DNA from: Syncephalis fuscata S228
Lineage: Eukaryota > Fungi > Zoopagomycota
DNA: 64,000 nucleotides
Direction: 5' to 3'
NCBI GenBank assembly: GCA_025786725.1
Contig: JAHLTZ010000015.1
Coordinates: forward strand, 248,001-312,000
Shown here: positions 57,862 to 64,000 of the stretch, piece by piece
How positions within the stretch are numbered: the first letter of the stretch is position 1
Layout of the letters: every line of letters begins with the position of its first letter
The notes under the pieces: generated by a model
Database searches by the model: none
The model's input: only the letters and a program-made list of their open reading frames with translations
Told to the model about the DNA's origin: nothing
Program-made: the position numbers and the translations under genes

Positions 57862-58752
57862 ATGTATTTCTTGGTAGGTAGATGTCATCGGTGGTCTAGA
57901 TGTTGATGGCTAAATAGACGCCCATCAACACAGAAAGAACTCTCACATACGGTGCAGCTGCATCCTATGTACTTTGGACCGCGTATGCACGAGTATGTAG
58001 AGATGCGGCTACGAGCCGAGGTAGAAGGCTCATGTTCTGGCCGATACGGCTATGTTGTTGCTGTGCTACATCTGAACAAAATGAGTCGCGGTCGCGTTCT
58101 ACCAAATATTGGTCTGGCCGACTTTCAAGCACGGTATACGGCCGTCGTGTTTAAGCCGTTTAAAGGCGAGGTTGTTGATGGTATTGTCACGACTGTAAAC
58201 AAGGTAAATAGTATTAAAAAGTACTTATGAATAACAACCACTACTAATAGAATATATTAGATGGGATTCTTTGCCGATGTAGGACCGTTACAAGTCTTTG
58301 TTTCCACACATGTAAGTAATATAAATGAATTAATAACGCGTATTATGACAATTACAACAACTATTGCAATTATTTCAATTATTACAATATCATTATTATA
58401 ATAATAATAATAATTAAATAATATTAGTTAATTCCAGCCGATCTTAACTACGATCCTAATGGTGATCAGCCATGCTATGCATCAGAAGACCAGGTAAATA
58501 TCTGGATACTATATAAAGAATGATAGATTATTTAGTATCAATGTATCTAGTTAATTCAAAAAGGCTCTTTGATTCGATTAAAGATTGTTGGTACACGAAT
58601 GGATGCCACCGAAATTGTAAGCAGATATCGATATAGTTATCGATTATCATTATTATTATTAGTATTATTACCAGCCTGCTTTCTTATCAACATCTATCTA
58701 GTTTGCCATAGGAACTATCAAGGAGGATTATCTAGGTGTTATCAGTCAATAA
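57862..58752 (+). CDS. RPB7: RNA polymerase II subunit Rpb7
   Basis: MYFL/KELSHTVQLHPMYFGP, VEGSCSGRYGY, FKPFKGEVVDG, MGFFADVGPLQVFVSTH, IRLKIVGTR and FAIGTIKEDYLG. Six exons. Confidence 0.97.
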
Positions 58753-59072
58753 ATATACATTTGTTTATAATAACAATAATACACTTTTAATAATGATAGT
58801 GCCAAGAGATGTAAACTATAAATGGTATACTATTCATAACATACACTATTAATAGGTACACACCCGTTTATTCGACGTATATAGTAACAATCTGGCCACT
58901 ACGTAGTGCGTAGCCTTATTACCACCCTTGCTTTGATCCTTTCTATCTCTCTCCTTTCTTTCCTACTCTCTCTCTCTCGTACTCTTTTATTTGTTTAAAT
59001 ACGCTGGTGTCTTTATCTATATTTACACTACAGACCAGCAATAGTTACAAGGATTATTGACTAGTGTTTATC

Positions 59073-61609
59073 ATGGCGGACAGTACGCTCCGTCGTAGAA
59101 ATGTATCTGCGGAAGACACCGTTCAGGATAGTTTGAAGAAAGAAACGACAGCCACTAAGAAAGATGACACGAAAAAGAAAACAGCTCCACGTAGTCAATT
59201 GGTAAGTAACGTTAGGTTAATTCATAATACGCGTTATTATTAATAGTAACACGCTACTGTGCTATAGTCGTTGTTCTTGTCGAACCACCAAGACTGGATC
59301 ACGCCTACTATACTCACTTTGTTGTCATTTGTAACGCGTCTCTATCGAATAAGTTATGGCAACTTTGTTGTATGGGACGAGGCACATTTTGGCAAGTTTG
59401 GTTCATTTTACCTTAATCGTACTTTTTACTTTGATGTCCATCCACCACTTGGCAAGCTACTTGTGGGTCTATCTGGTCTATTGGCCGGTTACGACGGCTC
59501 ATTTGACTTCAAATCGGGTGCCACTTATCCGGAATCCGTCAACTATCCAGCTATGCGCCTTTTCCTTGCTATATTCGGTGCTTTGCTTGTGCCGTTGGCC
59601 TATGGCACCGCAATAGAACTGGGCTTTTCTAAACGGGGCGCATTCTTTGCGGGTCTACTCGTGCTTTGTGGTAAGTAGTAAACTGTGTAAAACGATGCAA
59701 CTATTATTGTGATTAACTATTAATATTGCTTTACATAATAGAAAATTCATTATTGGTCATTAGTCGATTTATTCTACTAGACTCCATGTTACTATTCTTT
59801 ACTGCACTAAGTGTGTACGGTCTAGCCGGATTCCATTCAGAACGCCATCAGCCATTTTCATTTGATTGGTGGGCCTGGTTACTGTTCAGTGGTGTTTCTA
59901 TTGGTTTAGTATCCAGTGTTAAATGGGTTGGGCTTTTCTCAGTTGCATTACTTGGTTTATATACACTGGGTGACCTATTCGTCAAGTTTGGCGATACTAA
60001 GATGCCCATTCGCACCTATGCTAAACACTGGATTGCTCGTATTATTGGCCTAATTCTTGTGCCTATTATTATTTATGCCTTTTCATTTGCTCTTCACTTT
60101 GCTGTACTTAATCGAAGCGGTGATGGCGATGCCCAAATGAGTTCATTGTTCCAGGCTGGTCTAAAAGGCAGTGAATTACTTGATAATCCATTGGAAGTGG
60201 CCTATGGATCATCTGTAACGCTTAAACCATCAACCTATGGTGTCGGTCTATTACACTCACACGTTCAAAGGTTCCCAATTGGTTCACAGCAACAACAAGT
60301 TACTACTTACGCCCATAAAGATGAGAACAACTATTGGGTAATAGAGCATAACTGGAATAAAACACATGAACGTGTTAATGCCGGGCTTACTTACTCCGAG
60401 GGTCCAATAGACTTTGTACAAGACGGCGATATTATTCGTTTATCGCACAAGGCTACAAAAGCCAATCTACACGTTAACAATCTACCGGCACCTGTTACAA
60501 AAACGGCACTTGAAGTAACAGGATTCAACGATGATAAAAATGGCGATATATACGACGAGTGGCGAGTGGAGATTATCAACGATCTTTATCAAAGCAATCC
60601 AACCCAGGTACATGCTTTAACGACACGCTTCCATCTACGTAGTGTTCAATTCAACTGTTTATTGCGTGCCCATAACAAAAACTTGCCAGAATGGGGATTT
60701 AAACAAGGTGAAGTGGTATGCGATAAGGAAAATGACCTTAAAGATATATCCAACATTTGGAATGTTGAATGGCATCGTAATGAACGACGTAAGTAATAGA
60801 ATAATCATAGTCATTACTATCAATGTTCTATGGCTAATACGTGCTATTCATCTAGTGCCCGTTGCGCCACCATCTTCATTCCGTCCATCATTCTTCCACA
60901 ACTTTGTTCATTTAAATATTGCTATGTGGACGAGTAACAATGCTTTGGTGCCTGATGATTCACGTTTTGATCGCGCCACTTCAAGAGCTTGGGAATGGCC
61001 CTGGATGTTAGTCGGTATGCGTATGGCTGGCTGGGGTAGTGAAAGCATAAAATACTTGCTACTTGGCAATCCGGCTGTTTGGTGGGGCAGTACACTATGT
61101 ATTATACTTATCACTGCTCTACTTGTCATTTATGATGCACGTAAACGACGTGGCTATAAAGACTGGCTACCAGGTTAGTAGGAAGAATAAGCTTAATAGA
61201 TAGACATTTAATTGCTATTATTATTATTATTATTATTATTAATCATTAATATATTGATATACATTAGGTGAATATGACGATTTCCTATTTGGTGGTATCT
61301 TATTGCTGGTGGCTGGTTCCTCCACTATGTCCTTTCTTTATTATGGGTCGTGTACTTTATATGCACCATTACCTGCCTGCTCTTTATATTTCCACACTTG
61401 GTGTACCGTTTGTTGTTGATCATTTTACACGTCGTTCTACGGTTAAAACACAGCGTATTGTCTATTCAGTTCTAGTCGTTGTTGTTATCGGTACATTTGC
61501 CTATTTCGCTCCGTTAACCTTTGGCTATAACCGACCCATTGAAGATATGAGTGGACGAGCATGGTTAAGGAACTGGAAAGTACTCGATTACTCAGCTCTA
61601 GTGGATTAG
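59073..61609 (+). CDS. PMT2: Dolichyl-phosphate-mannose:protein O-mannosyltransferase, PMT2 subfamily
   Basis: VVWDEAHFGKFGS, FDVHPPLGK, SRFILLDSML, SVKWVGLF, SGDGDAQMSSLFQ, MIR loop, AMWTSNNALVPD, LLGNPAVWW and MGRVLYMHHYLPAL. Confidence 0.95.
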
Positions 61610-61710
61610 TAGTAGGAGTATACATTTACACATGACATCTAAAATGTGGCATAATATTGGAATGATATAAATCAAATGTTTACTCAATCGTATAACAATG
61701 GCGATAATGT

Positions 61711-61750
61711 GATGTGATGTGATGTGATGTGATGTGTTGTTGTTGTTGTT
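61711..61750. repeat. (GATGT)n followed by (GTT)n microsatellite between convergent 3' ends
   Basis: gatgtgatgtgatgtgatgtgatgtgttgttgttgttgtt. Confidence 0.85.
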
Positions 61751-61776
61751 ACTAGTGGTAATAGTAATGATATGGT

Positions 61777-62916
61777 TTACTGTGGTATAGAAGAAGTACC
61801 TGGACGTAGTCTCTTTCGTTCAGCTTCCGCTTCTTTTTCTCGTTCAATTTCAGCCACAATGGCTTCTACCTCAGATTGATCGAGATGCTATCATTATTTA
61901 AAGGTTAATAATAATTATATTGGCAATTAATCATTATACTTGCTCTAATCTCTTGTCCAGCCGTCATTAAAGCAATTTCAATATTCTTGGATCCCGTTTG
62001 CACAACCTATTAGCAATTTAGTCTTCTACACGTTAAATACATATGTTTCACTGACTTCCAATAGCGATTTGACGGTCAATTTAATTGCATCCTCGCTTGA
62101 CATGTCTTCTTGATGATTCTTTTCCAAAAATTCACGTACTGTCTTTGAGCTACGACCAATAGCATTGGCCTAAATCAATGCGATTTATTAATGTTTATTA
62201 TTAGTATATATTTTATTAGTATACATACCTTCCAAGCAGAATAGGTACCGGCTGGATCTGTCTGGTAAAGACGTGGCTGTCCATCAAGATCAAACCAATA
62301 ATAAGTGTTGAAATACCAAATGGACGTACACCACCACGCTGTGTATATTTCTATTATTATTATTGTTAATTAATTAATTAATTAGTTTTATTCCATTAAA
62401 TCATTGCTATGTAATTGCATTTATTATCATGCCAATTTACCTGTTGAATACCGGCTATATAACGTGAAATATACTCAATGAAACTGGGTCTTCAACTGTC
62501 AAACGATGACTTTGGCACTCAACTCGTGCACGATCGACTAGAATACGCGCATCTGCCGTTAATCCTACAACAAATAGTAAGCATTTATTATACATTTTAT
62601 TATTGTTTTAATTACTTACCAGCAAATGCCAAGCATACATGGTCATCTAGCTGATAAATCTTGCGCACAGTACGAGGTTCCTGCAATTGAAGAGCCGATT
62701 TTTTCTCTACGCCTAACACGACTGCATCCTTGCCACGAACACCAACCTATTATTGTATTGCACACAACAGCTCGTCATCAATACGATTAGATGATGCGAT
62801 AGAAATGTACTAACTGCAGTTGTGCCTTTGCGCACCGCTTCCATAGCATACTCCACTTGGAAGAGATGGCCATCAGGCGAGAAGACGGTAAGTGCACGGT
62901 CGTATCCACTGGCCAT
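61777..62916 (-). CDS. PRE6: 20S proteasome subunit alpha4
   Basis: [87 protein letters not shown] and [12 protein letters not shown]. The last intron is GC-AG. Confidence 0.97.
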
Positions 62917-63406
62917 TGCGAATAAACTAGATGTGGATTCCTAAATAGATGAACTACAATAAACTAGTATCGAAAACAATACTAAGCAATGCCTGTAGCG
63001 CGTAGATCGGCGACGATGAAGCGAAACGGGAAAAGCAGTATATAGAGGAAAGGTATCGGCTACTATTTCGTTGATGCGGTGAAGTCGGTGACGTACGCAA
63101 ACCACCGTCTATCCGCTCGAAGTAACATCGAGTCAATTAGACTTGAGATTTGATAGTTCTGCTTATCCCCTGCCAATAATAGGAATAGCAAAAACTACTA
63201 AAACTAGAAAGAAAATTTAGACAAAATCATAGCAAATTGGTGAGCCGTCTATTGCTCCACCTCTTTCACCTTTCGCAGATCAGGTCGCCAGGTACGTGTA
63301 TTATGCGGTAATGTCGTTAATTATCGACTATAAACGATATTATACGGCAGAATTGCATTTATACTATTTTTATTTGCATAATGGCTAATTGCTTTATTAT
63401 TGCTAA

Positions 63407-64000
<594 letters not shown>

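Overview
This is gene-dense, intron-rich fungal nuclear DNA. Introns are short and AT-rich, mostly about 45-120 nt, mainly GT-AG with a few GC-AG. The gene set and an S8 subtilisin relic point to an early-diverging, non-Dikarya fungus, plausibly Zoopagomycota (Syncephalis-like); that placement is inference. About 24 protein-coding genes can be reconstructed by hand across introns, in order: AF4/Ebp1-like, eIF4A, Twinkle, R3H-SUZ, importin-alpha/TMCO6-like, lipoyl-less PDH E3BP, TIM13, PNS1, ATG8, Hook, a small Cys-rich protein, RraA/HMG aldolase, GCK-III kinase, TRM6/GCD10, VPS9, BRD8-like, SDF2, KDM4, PRL phosphatase, BRCA1/BARD1-like, RPB7, PMT2, PRE6 and ubiquitin-S27a. There is also a decayed subtilisin. 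Many genes carry single-base frameshifts at short runs, most likely assembly errors. The most notable items are: (i) an unannotated double-guide box C/D snoRNA in the intron of an apparently non-coding host transcript, with a snR52/SNORD83-type guide plus a SNORD70-type guide; (ii) a fungal RING-NZF-BRCT BRCA1/BARD1 hybrid; (iii) a fungal Twinkle with an intact zinc-binding domain but a part-degenerate primase; (iv) a roughly 180-nt highly base-paired RNA element in the ubiquitin-S27a intron; and (v) an E3BP with no lipoyl domain. All calls come from manual reading; no searches were run.
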